Of a stretch of DNA of 64,000 bases, positions 20,147 through 30,708 are shown piece by piece. The stretch spans positions 326 through 64,325 of IMG/VR virus record IMGVR_UViG_3300047319_000334; one strand, given 5' to 3'. Position numbers and translations under genes: made by a program. The DNA comes from a virus (Duplodnaviria; Caudoviricetes). Each line of letters opens with the position of its first letter. Within the stretch, counting starts at the first letter, position 1. The notes under the pieces are model-generated. The model was not told where the DNA came from and made no database searches. It worked only from the letters and a program-made list of their open reading frames with translations.

Positions 20147-20237
20147 GTTTCATTAAGCGACGGCTAGGAGGCATCCGAACGCGGTCTATCCAGCCGCTGC
20201 CGTCGCCCCTCCATGGATATTGGTCGGGAGATCAAGG

Positions 20238-20705
20238 ATGAAAGAAATATCGCTCACGCGAGGCCACGTCGCGCTTGTTGATGATGACGATTACGAACTG
20301 CTATCCGCATTCAAATGGCATTTGGATGGAAGCGGGTACGCCTCTCGCGACGCACAGATTGCGGGTAAGCGGATAAAAGTCCGCATGCATCGCGTTCTAA
20401 CTGGGCTGGAGTGCGGCGATAAAAGGCAGGTAGATCACATCAACGGAAATCGACTTGATAACCGGCGCGAGAATCTCCGCATAGTGTTGCAGTCCGAGAA
20501 TCTGCTGAACGTTCGCCGCCACCGGGATAACAAATCTGGATTCAAAGGCGTGAGCCTGCACAAGCCGACCGGCAAATGGATAGCATTCATTATGGCGGCC
20601 GGCGCTCATAAATACCTGGGGCTGTTTGCTAGTCCTGAGTTGGCGCACGCCAAATACTGCGAAGCCGCAAAGTTGCTTCACGGTGAATTCGCTAACAATG
20701 GATAA
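20238..20705 (+). CDS. HNH-AP2 homing endonuclease (paralogue of 17628..18116)
   Basis: VDHINGNRLDNRRENLR; SGFKGV AP2 domain. Confidence 0.93.
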   Translation: MKEISLTRGHVALVDDDDYELLSAFKWHLDGSGYASRDAQIAGKRIKVRMHRVLTGLECGDKRQVDHINGNRLDNRRENLRIVLQSENLLNVRRHRDNKSGFKGVSLHKPTGKWIAFIMAAGAHKYLGLFASPELAHAKYCEAAKLLHGEFANNG

Positions 20706-20714
20706 GGGGAAACC

Positions 20715-21884
20715 GTGGCACGACAATTTGACCCGCGTTTGCGTGAATTTGCCGATGCCAGGGAAACCTCCTTCCTCGAGGCGATCGAGAAGCACGGCAA
20801 GCCCACTCACGCAGCCAAGGCGCTAGGACTGCATCACAGCGCCGTAATCCGCGCTCTGGACAATCTGGAGAAGCGGGCGGCGAAGATGGGGTATGCGCCG
20901 GACTTCGGTATGACCCACGCGGTGCCCGATGGATTTCGGGTCCGCGGCGTGTCGACGATGTACACCGACGACGGTATCGCTGCTCAGTGGGTGAAAAGCG
21001 AGATTGACCCGGCACGACAGCAAGAGATCTTCCGCGCTGCCTGTGAGGCGATGTCGGAGACGCTGCCCCGCGTCAAAGCGGCGCCCGGCCCGGCAAAAAC
21101 TGACGCCGCGCTGTGCAATCTCGCCGTTTTCAGCGACTACCATATAGGCATGCTCGCCTGGGAGCGGGAAGGCGGAGCCAACTGGGATCTGAAGATCGCC
21201 GAGAATCTGTTGCTCGCGAGCTTCATCCACATGATCGAGTCGGCGCCGAAGGCGAAGACCTGCGTGCTGTGCCTTCAAGGTGATCAGCTACACGTCGACT
21301 CGCTTTTGCCGGTTACCCCCGCACACCATCACGTCCTGGACGCCGATGGACGATTCTCGAAGATCGTTGGCGCCGCTGTCCGAGTTATTCGCCGGCTGAT
21401 CGACCACGCGCTCGCCAAACATGAACACGTGCATCTGATCATCTGCGAAGGAAACCACGACGAAAGTGGTTCAGTCTGGATGCGCCACATGTTCGCCGCG
21501 CTGTATGAGAATGAGACGCGGCTGAGTGTCACGGACTCCGAGTTGCCGTTCTACGTCTATCAGCACGGCGAGACGATGCTTGCCTTCCACCACGGTCACA
21601 AGGTGAAGAACGAGCAACTGCCGATGCTGTTCGCTGCCCAGTTCCCGAAGGTCTGGGGCGCAACCACTAAACGATTCGCCCACTGCGGCCATCGGCATCA
21701 CGTCGACGAAAAAGAATACGCCGGCATGACGGTTGTGCAGCACCCCACTCTGGCCGCTCGCGATGCCTACGCAGCGCGTGGCGGGTGGATCTCCGATCGC
21801 GCCGCTTCAATCATCACGTATCACGAGAAGTTCGGCCAGGTCGCACGGAATGTCGTGTGCCCGGAGATGTTTGAAGCCGCATAG
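20715..21884 (+). CDS. HTH plus calcineurin-like metallophosphoesterase
   Basis: SDYH, GDQLH, GNHD, HHGH and GHRH metal-binding motifs. Confidence 0.85.
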   Translation: MARQFDPRLREFADARETSFLEAIEKHGKPTHAAKALGLHHSAVIRALDNLEKRAAKMGYAPDFGMTHAVPDGFRVRGVSTMYTDDGIAAQWVKSEIDPARQQEIFRAACEAMSETLPRVKAAPGPAKTDAALCNLAVFSDYHIGMLAWEREGGANWDLKIAENLLLASFIHMIESAPKAKTCVLCLQGDQLHVDSLLPVTPAHHHVLDADGRFSKIVGAAVRVIRRLIDHALAKHEHVHLIICEGNHDESGSVWMRHMFAALYENETRLSVTDSELPFYVYQHGETMLAFHHGHKVKNEQLPMLFAAQFPKVWGATTKRFAHCGHRHHVDEKEYAGMTVVQHPTLAARDAYAARGGWISDRAASIITYHEKFGQVARNVVCPEMFEAA

Positions 21885-21908
21885 TAGTGACAAACACACA
21901 GGAACACC

Positions 21909-22550
21909 ATGGCGCAGCCAAAGAAAGCCGCGCCGGACTGGGAGCGCATTGAAGCCGACTACCGGGCCGGCCTGTTGTCGGTTCGGGAGATAGCCGCATC
22001 CCAAGGAATCACCCACGGCGCCATCAACAAGCGCGCCAAGCGGGACGGATGGGAGCGAGATCTCTCCGCACGCATACAGGCGAAGGCCGATGCACTGGTA
22101 TCCAAGCGCGAGGTATCCAGTCAGGTATCCGCGGAAAGAGTGGTTACCGACCGGCTGATCGTTGAGGCGAATGCCGAGGTAATCGCCGGTATCAGGCTGG
22201 CGCACCGCACGGATATAGCTAAAAGCCGACGAGTGGCGATGTCGCTGCTGGAAGAGCTGGAGAGCGTCACCGACAACCGCGACCTCTTTGATGAACTGGG
22301 CGAAATGCTCAGGTCTGAAGACGACAAGGGGCAGGACAAGCGAAATGACCTATATAACAAGGTTATCTCAATGTCGGGGCGAGTCAGCAACATGAAACAG
22401 CTTTCTGACACCCTGAAGACGTTGATCGCATTGGAGCGCGAGGCTTACGGCTTGGCGACCGCTCAGCCATTACCGCCGCCGGACAAATCCGGGCCTCCTG
22501 CAGATCAGGACTGGCTTGGATTCCCAATAAGCAATGGCGAGCAAATTTGA
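21909..22550 (+). CDS. terS: Terminase small subunit
   Basis: PDWERIEADYRAG HTH N-terminus; immediately upstream of terL. Confidence 0.8.
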   Translation: MAQPKKAAPDWERIEADYRAGLLSVREIAASQGITHGAINKRAKRDGWERDLSARIQAKADALVSKREVSSQVSAERVVTDRLIVEANAEVIAGIRLAHRTDIAKSRRVAMSLLEELESVTDNRDLFDELGEMLRSEDDKGQDKRNDLYNKVISMSGRVSNMKQLSDTLKTLIALEREAYGLATAQPLPPPDKSGPPADQDWLGFPISNGEQI

Positions 22551-23781
22551 TGGATTACGTAAGCGCGCGCCATATAAGGTTTTCTACGGCGGCCGGGGAG
22601 CTGCCAAGTCGTGGGCATTCGCCAGGGCGCTAGTCACCTTCACAAATATGTGGGGGTTACGCGTGTTGTGCGTGCGCGAGTTCCAAACCAGTATTGGCGA
22701 TTCGGTGCATCGGCTGCTGGCAGACCAGATTGCATTGCTTGGCCTCTCGGACCGGTTCCAGGTTCAGGAAAAGACGATACGCAACCTGTACACGGGCGCT
22801 GAGTTCATCTTTAAGGGCCTGCACAACAATGACAACGGCATCAAGTCCACCGAAGGCATAAACATATGCTGGGTCGAGGAGGCCCAGTCTGTTAGCGCCC
22901 GAAGCTGGCAGGTTTTGCTGCCGACAATCCGGACGGTGAATGCCGAAATATGGGTATCGTTCAACCCGGACGATGAGAACGACCCGACATATCAGAACTT
23001 CGTCATCAATCCGCCGCCCGGTGCGATTGTAGAAAAGGTTGGATGGGAGGATAACCCCTACTTCCCGGAGGTTCTGGAGCGTCAACGTCAGCACATGCTG
23101 GCAACCGATCCGGAAGCCTACGAACATGTTTGGGGCGGCTCGCCGCGCAAGATCGGCGAAGCCATCATCTTTGGCAAGCGGGTGTCTTTTGAGACATTCG
23201 AAACGCCGCAAGGTGTGCGCTTCCATTTCGGTGCCGACTGGGGGTTCGCTAACGACCCAACAGCGCTGATCCGGAGCTTCATACGGGACGATTGCCTGTA
23301 CATCGATTACGAAGCATTTGGATATGGCGTCGAACTGGATGACCTGTGGAAGCTGTTCTCAGGAAAAGACGGCGCAACTCCAGAGCAATTAGCGCTTTGG
23401 CAGCCCGGCGATGATGCGAAGTATCCGGGTGTCCCCGGTGCGCGTCTGTGGCCGATCAAGGCCGATTCTGCTCGGCCGGAGACGATCAGTTACATGCGCC
23501 GGCATGGCTTCAATATCGACGCCGCCGAGAAATGGCCGGGATCGGTTGAAGATGGCGTCGCTCACCTGAAAGCATTCAAACGGATCATCGTCCACGAGCG
23601 CTGCAAGCATATCGGACAGGAATTCCGCCTCTACTCGTACAAGGTCGACAAACAGAGCGGCGACATCCTGCCAATCATCGTCGACAAGCACAACCACGGT
23701 CTGGATGCGTTGCGCTACAGCCTTGATGGCTACATACAGCGTCGCGGGTCTATGGGTGTGTGGGCCAAGCTAGCAAGCTAA
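22534..23781 (+). CDS. terL: Terminase large subunit, PBSX family
   Basis: GGRGAAKS, WVEEA, SFNP, DWGF..DP, NHGLDALRY. Confidence 0.95.
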   Translation: MASKFDGLRKRAPYKVFYGGRGAAKSWAFARALVTFTNMWGLRVLCVREFQTSIGDSVHRLLADQIALLGLSDRFQVQEKTIRNLYTGAEFIFKGLHNNDNGIKSTEGINICWVEEAQSVSARSWQVLLPTIRTVNAEIWVSFNPDDENDPTYQNFVINPPPGAIVEKVGWEDNPYFPEVLERQRQHMLATDPEAYEHVWGGSPRKIGEAIIFGKRVSFETFETPQGVRFHFGADWGFANDPTALIRSFIRDDCLYIDYEAFGYGVELDDLWKLFSGKDGATPEQLALWQPGDDAKYPGVPGARLWPIKADSARPETISYMRRHGFNIDAAEKWPGSVEDGVAHLKAFKRIIVHERCKHIGQEFRLYSYKVDKQSGDILPIIVDKHNHGLDALRYSLDGYIQRRGSMGVWAKLAS

Positions 23782-23824
23782 TTCTCCCAACGGCATTCGA
23801 GCCACAAGCAAGGATTTACTCAGA

Positions 23825-25273
23825 ATGTCGCGAAAGAGCAAACAGCCTAGTCGGCAAGTTGCTGTGCCGGTGCGGACCAATGACTCGTTCGCGAACGCGC
23901 AAGCTCAACTCGGCTGGGGTACTAACAACCAGTCGTCCGCATCGACGTACACACTGACGTACCAGAGCCGCAACCGCATCCAGCTTGAAGCGGCTTACCG
24001 TGGTTCGTGGATCGTCGCTGCTGCAGTCGATGCCATTCCCGAAGACATGACCCGTTGCGGGATCGAAATGTCCGGGCTCGATCCCGACGAAGTGACGGCG
24101 ATCGAGAACGACATGACGAACCTGGGCATCTGGGATCGTCTGTGCGAAAACGGCAAGTGGGCACGGCTCTATGGTGGCTCGCTGGCGGTGATGCTGATCG
24201 ATGGCCAGGATCTGTCTACGCCGCTGCGGCCGGAAACGGTCGGCAAAGGCCAGTTCAAGGGCCTGCTGATTCTCGATCGGTGGATGGTTTCTCCGCCAGT
24301 TGGCGAGGTTGTGACCGAATACGGTCCCGACATGGGCCGGCCGGTCTATTACAACGTCATCGCCGACTACTCAGCAATCCCGAAGGCGAAGATCCACTAC
24401 AGCCGTGTGATCCGCATGGAGGGCGCCGATCTGCCCTTCTATCAGCGCGTCGCGGAGAATGGATGGGGCCTGTCTGTGCTCGAGCCGCTGTGGGATAGGC
24501 TAATTGCCTTCGACAGCGCTTCCGTGGGCGTTGGGCAACTCGTCTATAAGGCTCATCTAAGAGTCACAAAAATCAAGGGGCTGCGCGACATCATTGCCGC
24601 CGGTGGCCCCGCTCTTGCGGGACTGCGGGCCCAGATGGAGTTCACGCGTCTTGCACAGACTAACGAGGGCATGACTGTCCTTGACGTCGAAGACGATTTC
24701 AGCACGCACCAGTATGCGTTCTCAGGTCTGTCCGATGTGTTGATCCAGTTCGCTCAGCAGTTGTCTGGCGCGACCGGCATTCCCCTTTCTCGCCTGTTCG
24801 GCCAATCGCCTTCAGGTCTGAGCGACACCGGTGAAGGTCCGCGGCGCCAGTATCACGAGAAGGTGCATCAGCGCCAGGAAAAGGAACTGCGCACGCCGCT
24901 GCAGCGCCTGCTTTCGGTGATGAGCATGTCCACGCTTGGCAAGCCGCTCGACGACGGATTCCAGTTCGCATTCCGCACGTTGGACGATGCGCCTGAGAGT
25001 GAGAAGGCAGACATCGCAACGAAGAAGACTGATGCTGTCGTGAAGGCTGTCGACGCCAATCTCATCAAGCCGTCGACCGGCATGAAGGAGCTGAAAGCCT
25101 CCGCTCCTGTGACTGGCATGTTCGGCAACATCAGCGATGATGACATCCAGGAAGCCGAGGAACAGGAAAAGAACGCCCCGCCTCCTGGCGAGATGGACTT
25201 GCCTGATGTGTCGAAGCTGACCGGCGATTCGGGCTCTGCGCTCGACTGGCTTAAACGCTGGCGTAAAAAATGA
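23825..25273 (+). CDS. Portal protein (DUF1073 type)
   Basis: RLYGG, WGLSVL, IPLSRLFGQSPSG; synteny. Confidence 0.88.
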   Translation: MSRKSKQPSRQVAVPVRTNDSFANAQAQLGWGTNNQSSASTYTLTYQSRNRIQLEAAYRGSWIVAAAVDAIPEDMTRCGIEMSGLDPDEVTAIENDMTNLGIWDRLCENGKWARLYGGSLAVMLIDGQDLSTPLRPETVGKGQFKGLLILDRWMVSPPVGEVVTEYGPDMGRPVYYNVIADYSAIPKAKIHYSRVIRMEGADLPFYQRVAENGWGLSVLEPLWDRLIAFDSASVGVGQLVYKAHLRVTKIKGLRDIIAAGGPALAGLRAQMEFTRLAQTNEGMTVLDVEDDFSTHQYAFSGLSDVLIQFAQQLSGATGIPLSRLFGQSPSGLSDTGEGPRRQYHEKVHQRQEKELRTPLQRLLSVMSMSTLGKPLDDGFQFAFRTLDDAPESEKADIATKKTDAVVKAVDANLIKPSTGMKELKASAPVTGMFGNISDDDIQEAEEQEKNAPPPGEMDLPDVSKLTGDSGSALDWLKRWRKK

Positions 25274-26007
25274 TCCTCACTCTAGACCGCAAGCGTGATC
25301 GCAACCCGGTCAAGACGCGAGGCGCAGAGCTTCGGTATGGCTCGCAGCTAAGGAAGGTCGCGCGGCAGGTAGGCGCGATCATCCAGCCATTTACGCCCGG
25401 CGACATGTCACAGGTGCCGACGATAGAGCACTTGCTGAACGCCTACGCCGACATGCTCAAGGGTTGGGCGACGCAGACGGCAAGCAACATGCTGATGGAT
25501 GTCGCACTGCGTGATGAGCAGTCTTGGAAGACGCTGGCTAAAGACCTGTCGCGCGGACTGCGGGAAGAGATTCGCAATGCGCCAACCGGTGCGGTGATGC
25601 GTCAGTTGTTGGCTGATCAGGTTGACCTGATCCAGAGCATTCCGCGTGAAGCGGCGCAGCGGGTGCATCGGCTGACGCTTGAAGGGCTGGAGAACAGCAC
25701 GCGGTTTACTGAGATTGCGAAAGAGATCCAGCGTACCGAGGAAGTCACAACCAGCCGGGCGATTCTTATTGCGCGGACCGAAACCTCGCGTACGGCTACG
25801 ACGCTCATGCAGGCCCGGGCCGAATCCATCGGCAGTGAAGGCTATTTCTGGGAGACCAGCCACGACGGTACTGTGAGGCCATCCCATAAGGCCATGCAGG
25901 GAAAGTTCGTGAAATGGTCGGAGCCGCCAACGCTCGACGGCATGACTGGGCATGCAGGCTGTTTTCCGAACTGCCGATGCTGGGCCCGCGTCGCCATCCC
26001 TGATTGA
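25270..26007 (+). CDS. Minor head protein (SPP1 gp7/MuF)
   Basis: LIARTE, DGTVRPSH, PNCRC. Confidence 0.9.
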   Translation: MILTLDRKRDRNPVKTRGAELRYGSQLRKVARQVGAIIQPFTPGDMSQVPTIEHLLNAYADMLKGWATQTASNMLMDVALRDEQSWKTLAKDLSRGLREEIRNAPTGAVMRQLLADQVDLIQSIPREAAQRVHRLTLEGLENSTRFTEIAKEIQRTEEVTTSRAILIARTETSRTATTLMQARAESIGSEGYFWETSHDGTVRPSHKAMQGKFVKWSEPPTLDGMTGHAGCFPNCRCWARVAIPD

Positions 26008-26048
26008 TCACCCACCCGCCCCGCGCGGGTTTTTTTACGCCCATACCC

Positions 26049-27476
26049 ATGTCCCACGCGTGCCAATGCAAAGCGTGCGTGAGCAAGCGCGCGCCGACGA
26101 AAGACTCGGTTACCACGGCGGGATTTTTCGCTGAAGAAGAGTTGAGCCCCAACCAATACTTCACGCCGGAAGGTTTTCTCGTTTGCGAAGCGGTCCCAAT
26201 CGCGCGGATTGGAACTCAGGAATACGCCGACATCGAGCTTCCTGATATCGAGGCCGGCAAAGATGGCCTGATTGTCGTCGAGCGCACGCCTGAAGTGGTG
26301 TTTGCGCCAGAGACGCTGGCCAGTCTGCTCGGCAAGCCAGTCACGATCGGCCATCCAAAGGAGGAGGTAACGCCCGATACCTGGGCGCTCCTCTCGAAAG
26401 GATCAACGTTCAACCCGCGCCGCGGCGAAGGCGATCAAAGCGATCTGCTGCTAGCCGACCTGATGATTCAGGACAAGGGCGCAATCAATGAAGTCCGCAA
26501 CAACGGCCTGAAGGGAATCTCGGTCGGATACGACGCGGACTACGAGCAAATCGCGCCGGGACGGGCGCGGCAAACGACCATCGTGGCAAATCACGTTGCG
26601 TTGGTCAGGAACCCGCGCTGCGGGACAACCTGCTCCGTCCAAGACTCAAAACCCTCCATAGGAGATTTACCCATGGCTGTTAAGAACGGCGCCGAGTCCA
26701 TCAAGGATAAGTTGCGCAAATTGTTTATGACGCGCGACTCGGAAGCCTTCGAGAAAGCGTTGTCGGAGGAAGTAAAGGACGAGGCTGGCATGGCTGAAAA
26801 CGTGCCGGCGATCCACATTCACATGCCCGGCGCCGAAAAGGCCAATGCATCGGAAGAAACGAAGGACGACGAGTCCGAAGCCGATCCGATGGCCAAGGTA
26901 CTGGCCGCAATCGACTCTGTCGCCCAGTCGGTATCCGCAATCGGCGAACGCGTTTCCGCTCTTGAGTCCGGCAAGACCAACGACTCGGAAGAAGAGAAGA
27001 AGGACGAAACCAAGGACGGCGACGGTTCGGGTGACGACGAAACCGAAGAAACCATGGATTCCGACGAATCCGAGGAAAAGAAGGACGACGATAAAAAGTC
27101 GACCAACGATTCCGCTTCGTTCCGCGATGAATTCCAGGACGCCAAGTCCCGCGCCGAAATCCTCGCCCCGGGCGTGAAGCTGCCGACGTATGACTCGAAG
27201 GCTGAAGGCAAGAAAACTGCCGACGCTATCTGCGTGCTGCGACGCCGTGCTCTTCGTGCCGCACTGACCAATGACAACGCCGATCTGGTCCGCGCGATCA
27301 CTGGCGATGCCGATGTGTCGAAGATGACCTGTGACGCTGCAAAGATGGCTTTCCATGCCGCATCCGAGCTCGTCAAGCAGAAGAACAAGACTGTCGCGCG
27401 CAAGACGACCGACGCAGCAGACGAAGCCACAGACATCAACAAAATCCACGCCGATTTCTGGGCGAACCGTAAGTAA
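26049..27476 (+). CDS. Prohead protease/scaffold (DUF2213)
   Basis: TPEGFL..PIARIG, TIGHP, SVGYDADY, NHVALV; acidic C-terminal scaffold. Confidence 0.88.
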   Translation: MSHACQCKACVSKRAPTKDSVTTAGFFAEEELSPNQYFTPEGFLVCEAVPIARIGTQEYADIELPDIEAGKDGLIVVERTPEVVFAPETLASLLGKPVTIGHPKEEVTPDTWALLSKGSTFNPRRGEGDQSDLLLADLMIQDKGAINEVRNNGLKGISVGYDADYEQIAPGRARQTTIVANHVALVRNPRCGTTCSVQDSKPSIGDLPMAVKNGAESIKDKLRKLFMTRDSEAFEKALSEEVKDEAGMAENVPAIHIHMPGAEKANASEETKDDESEADPMAKVLAAIDSVAQSVSAIGERVSALESGKTNDSEEEKKDETKDGDGSGDDETEETMDSDESEEKKDDDKKSTNDSASFRDEFQDAKSRAEILAPGVKLPTYDSKAEGKKTADAICVLRRRALRAALTNDNADLVRAITGDADVSKMTCDAAKMAFHAASELVKQKNKTVARKTTDAADEATDINKIHADFWANRK

Positions 27477-27485
27477 GGAGCCGAC

Positions 27486-27992
27486 ATGCCCTCGTTGCAA
27501 GCTTATCAATTCCGCATGCCGGCTGGTTTCGCCGGTGACCTTCAGCGCGCCGAAGTCGCGACGATCGAGACTCAGCTGATCGATTCGGCAACGCCGCCGA
27601 CCGTATTTGGCGTAGCCGTCAAATACGTTTCCGGCAAGGTGCAGCCGATCAACAACTCGGCCGACACCGCGGCGCTCGTGCAAGGCGTGAATCTGCGCCC
27701 CTACCCGATCCAGGGTAACGGCACCGACCCGCTTGGCACGTCAACGCCGCCGACCTCAGGCGTCACCGACATCCTCAAGCGCGGCTACGTGATGGTCTCG
27801 CTCGGCGGCGTTGCCACTGCGGCCAAGGGCGGCACCGTCTATGTGCGTGTCGCTACGCCGTCCGCTGGCAAGCCGCTGGGTGGCTTCGAAGCCGCTTCGG
27901 ACACGACTAACACGGTTGCCATGCCGTCGAACTGGTACTTCACCGGTCCTGCAGATGCTTACGGCATTACCGAAATCGCGGTCAACATCTAA
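27486..27992 (+). CDS. Head decoration/cement protein
   Basis: Between scaffold and capsid genes; beta-rich. Confidence 0.75.
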   Translation: MPSLQAYQFRMPAGFAGDLQRAEVATIETQLIDSATPPTVFGVAVKYVSGKVQPINNSADTAALVQGVNLRPYPIQGNGTDPLGTSTPPTSGVTDILKRGYVMVSLGGVATAAKGGTVYVRVATPSAGKPLGGFEAASDTTNTVAMPSNWYFTGPADAYGITEIAVNI

Positions 27993-28061
27993 ATCCCCGG
28001 CGCCTAACCGCCTTTAAGACCCCGCTTCGGCGGGGTTTTGCTTTTCTGGAGCAAAAACTCA

Positions 28062-29123
28062 ATGGACATGTCTGTTCAAAAATTCCTGAAGCGCCGGGAA
28101 ATCGCTGAAGCGTCGCGCAAGTTCGCCCGCCACTTCACGACCGATGGCATGATGACCTACGATCAGATGACGATCGACTCGACCGGTGCATTCCTGATCG
28201 GCCAGCTCGAACGCCTGGATCAGACGCTCAACGAGCCGCTGGTCGAATTCACCTGGTCGCGTGACGTCGCAATCCGCACCGACGTTTCGCCGGCTGACGA
28301 ACTCGCTTCGTTCACGAACTCGGCGTTCGCAATGGCTGGCGGCATGACGCCGGGCGGCATCAACTGGATCTCGAACGAAGGCAACGCGATTGCCGGCCCG
28401 TCGCTGGACATCGGCAAGACCGCTCAGGCGGTGCGGCTGTGGGGTGCTGAAGTCAAGTACACCGTGCCCGAACTGGTGAAGGCGCAAGCCCTCGGCCAGC
28501 CGGTCGACGCGCAGAAGGTCGAAGCAATGAACCTGAAGCGCAACATGGACCTGGACAATCTGGTCTATTTCGGCGATGCGACGATCGGCACGTCCGGCCT
28601 GGTCAACTCGACGTCGATCATCACACCGACGAACGTCCCGACCGGTGGATCGGGCACGCAATGGACGACGAAGACGCCCGCCCAGATCCTGGCTGACGTC
28701 AACGAAGTTCTGACGACGACCTGGCAGAACGCTGGCTGGAAGGTCATGCCGAACCGTCTGCTGTTGCCTCCGGCGCAGTATGGCTACCTCGCGGCAACGA
28801 TGGTCAACACCGCGGCGAACTACTCGATCCTGACGTACCTGCTCGAGAACAACATCTGCACGAAGTCGGGCACTAAGTTGGAAATCCTCCCGCTGAAGTG
28901 GCTGATCGGCGCGGGTGTGGGCGGCACGCCGGGCGTGCTGGGTACCGTGGACCGTATGGTCGCGTACAACAACGACAAGAAATACGTCCAGTACCCGATG
29001 ACGGAACTGCAGCGCACGCCGCTGGAGTATCGTTCGCTCTACCAGATCACGACCTATTGGGCGCGCTTTGGTCAGGTCGAATTCCGCTACGCAACCACGT
29101 TCGGTTATCGCGACGGCATCTAA
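28062..29123 (+). CDS. Major capsid protein (DUF2184 type)
   Basis: FLIGQLERLD..LNEPL, DRMVAY; synteny and size. Confidence 0.88.
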   Translation: MDMSVQKFLKRREIAEASRKFARHFTTDGMMTYDQMTIDSTGAFLIGQLERLDQTLNEPLVEFTWSRDVAIRTDVSPADELASFTNSAFAMAGGMTPGGINWISNEGNAIAGPSLDIGKTAQAVRLWGAEVKYTVPELVKAQALGQPVDAQKVEAMNLKRNMDLDNLVYFGDATIGTSGLVNSTSIITPTNVPTGGSGTQWTTKTPAQILADVNEVLTTTWQNAGWKVMPNRLLLPPAQYGYLAATMVNTAANYSILTYLLENNICTKSGTKLEILPLKWLIGAGVGGTPGVLGTVDRMVAYNNDKKYVQYPMTELQRTPLEYRSLYQITTYWARFGQVEFRYATTFGYRDGI

Positions 29124-29179
29124 GCGGCTGCCGGGAGCCGTTGCAATCGACGCCTCCCGGCGAATTCCCGGAGCATAAT

Positions 29180-29362
29180 ATGACCCGTATCGCCAATCAG
29201 GATTTCACCCTGACCCGCGACGACTACCGGCCACTGTATTTCAAGGCCGGCGAAGCTATCCCGGCAGAGTACGAATCGCACTGGTTCGTGCTGCATCACA
29301 CAGACGAAGCGCCCGCTGTCGAAGTAGAACAGCGAAAACCCGGCCGACCCGCTAAATCATGA
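29180..29362 (+). CDS. Small head-completion region protein
   Basis: GGAG RBS; HWFV motif; RKPGRP tail. Confidence 0.6.
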   Translation: MTRIANQDFTLTRDDYRPLYFKAGEAIPAEYESHWFVLHHTDEAPAVEVEQRKPGRPAKS

Positions 29363-29754
29363 CCGTCACCCCCGCCCAGCTACGTTCTGACTTTCCGGAG
29401 TTCTCCGATGCAACGACCTATCCGGATTCGTTGATCCAGACGTGGCTGACGGTGGCTACATCGCTCGTCAATGCTGACCGATGGGTGGAGTTGACCAACA
29501 TCGGTATCGAGCTGGTTACGGCGCACCATCTGGCGCTGTCGGTGCGTGACCAGACGGCGGCGGCAGTTGGCGGTGTGCCAGGCACGATGACCGGCCCGAC
29601 GTCTGCGAAGGCAGTCGATAAGGTCAGCACCAGTTACGACACAGGAGCCGCCTCGCTGGATGGCGCCGGCTTCTGGGCACTTACGTCGTATGGTATTCGC
29701 TACCTTAGCCTCGCCCGCATGATGGGCGCGGGCGGACTCCAGATCAACTGTTGA
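29359..29754 (+). CDS. Head-tail connector (DUF4054 type)
   Basis: RxDFPEF, TAHHL, WALTSYG. Confidence 0.85.
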   Translation: MTVTPAQLRSDFPEFSDATTYPDSLIQTWLTVATSLVNADRWVELTNIGIELVTAHHLALSVRDQTAAAVGGVPGTMTGPTSAKAVDKVSTSYDTGAASLDGAGFWALTSYGIRYLSLARMMGAGGLQINC

Positions 29755-29761
29755 GAGCAAC

Positions 29762-30328
29762 ATGAAATCAGGCGTAACGATGACGGCCGATAACATGCAG
29801 GCCATCATCGACGCCATCAATAAGCTCTCTGGCAAAGATGTGCTGGTCGGTATCCCCGACAGCGCGCCCGAGCGCACCGACACGCCGATGACGAATGCGC
29901 AGATCGGCTACGTGATGGAAACAGGCTCGCCAGCTCACAACGTACCCGCCCGCCCCTTTCTCGTCCCAGGTGTTGCAGACGTACAGGATCAATGCGCCGA
30001 TCGGCTTGGAAAAGCCGCAGACGCAGCCTTGAGTGGTAATCAGGCGGGTGCCGAGCGACAGATGAGCAGCGCCGGCATGATCGCCTCGCAGTCGGTCAAG
30101 AAGAAGATCGGCAGCAACATTCCGCCCGCACTCTCCCCCGAGACGATCCGCAACCGGTATAAAAGCCGGCAGACGAAAAGCATGCGCGCCGATGAAAAGG
30201 AATATCTGAAGGCAGTCGACTCGGGCACCGACCCAGCGCAGGCTCAAAACGAAGCGGGCATCATTCCGCTTATCAACACCGGATCGCTCCGCAACTCGAT
30301 CACCTACGTAGTCCGCGAGAAAAAGTAA
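29762..30328 (+). CDS. Neck/tail completion protein
   Basis: VGIP, PARPFL, PLINTGSLRNSITY. Confidence 0.8.
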   Translation: MKSGVTMTADNMQAIIDAINKLSGKDVLVGIPDSAPERTDTPMTNAQIGYVMETGSPAHNVPARPFLVPGVADVQDQCADRLGKAADAALSGNQAGAERQMSSAGMIASQSVKKKIGSNIPPALSPETIRNRYKSRQTKSMRADEKEYLKAVDSGTDPAQAQNEAGIIPLINTGSLRNSITYVVREKK

Positions 30329-30708
30329 TGCCGCTACTTGACGTTTCCGAAATCCTGCTCGATCCGGATTTCGTGGATAGCCTCGTCTGTGCGCGGCAAA
30401 CACAGGTCGTGGATGACAACGGTATCGCGACAGACTCCGCGGTATCCACGCCCTTCTACGGTGTCGTGACCAACAATACTGGCGACCTGCTGATGCGCCT
30501 GGCGGAAGGCTCGCGCATCAATGGTTCGATCACCGTGCATAGCCGATTCCTGTTGCAGGCAGGTAGTGATGGACAGGATGCTGACATCGTGACATGGAAC
30601 GGTCGCCGCTACACGGTGACCAACGTCGGCGACTGGTCACGCTTTGGTATCGGCTTCACGGCAGCGAACTGCGAACTGATCCCGCTTTCTGGAGGTTCCA
30701 GTGGCTAA
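30328..30708 (+). CDS. Head-tail adaptor
   Basis: LDVSEILLDPDF; synteny. Confidence 0.75.
   Translation: MPLLDVSEILLDPDFVDSLVCARQTQVVDDNGIATDSAVSTPFYGVVTNNTGDLLMRLAEGSRINGSITVHSRFLLQAGSDGQDADIVTWNGRRYTVTNVGDWSRFGIGFTAANCELIPLSGGSSG

Noticed and set aside
23825-25273. Anti-CBASS Acb1 activity in the portal gene
   Set aside because: Size and motifs fit a plain portal; no appended HxT phosphoesterase domain visible
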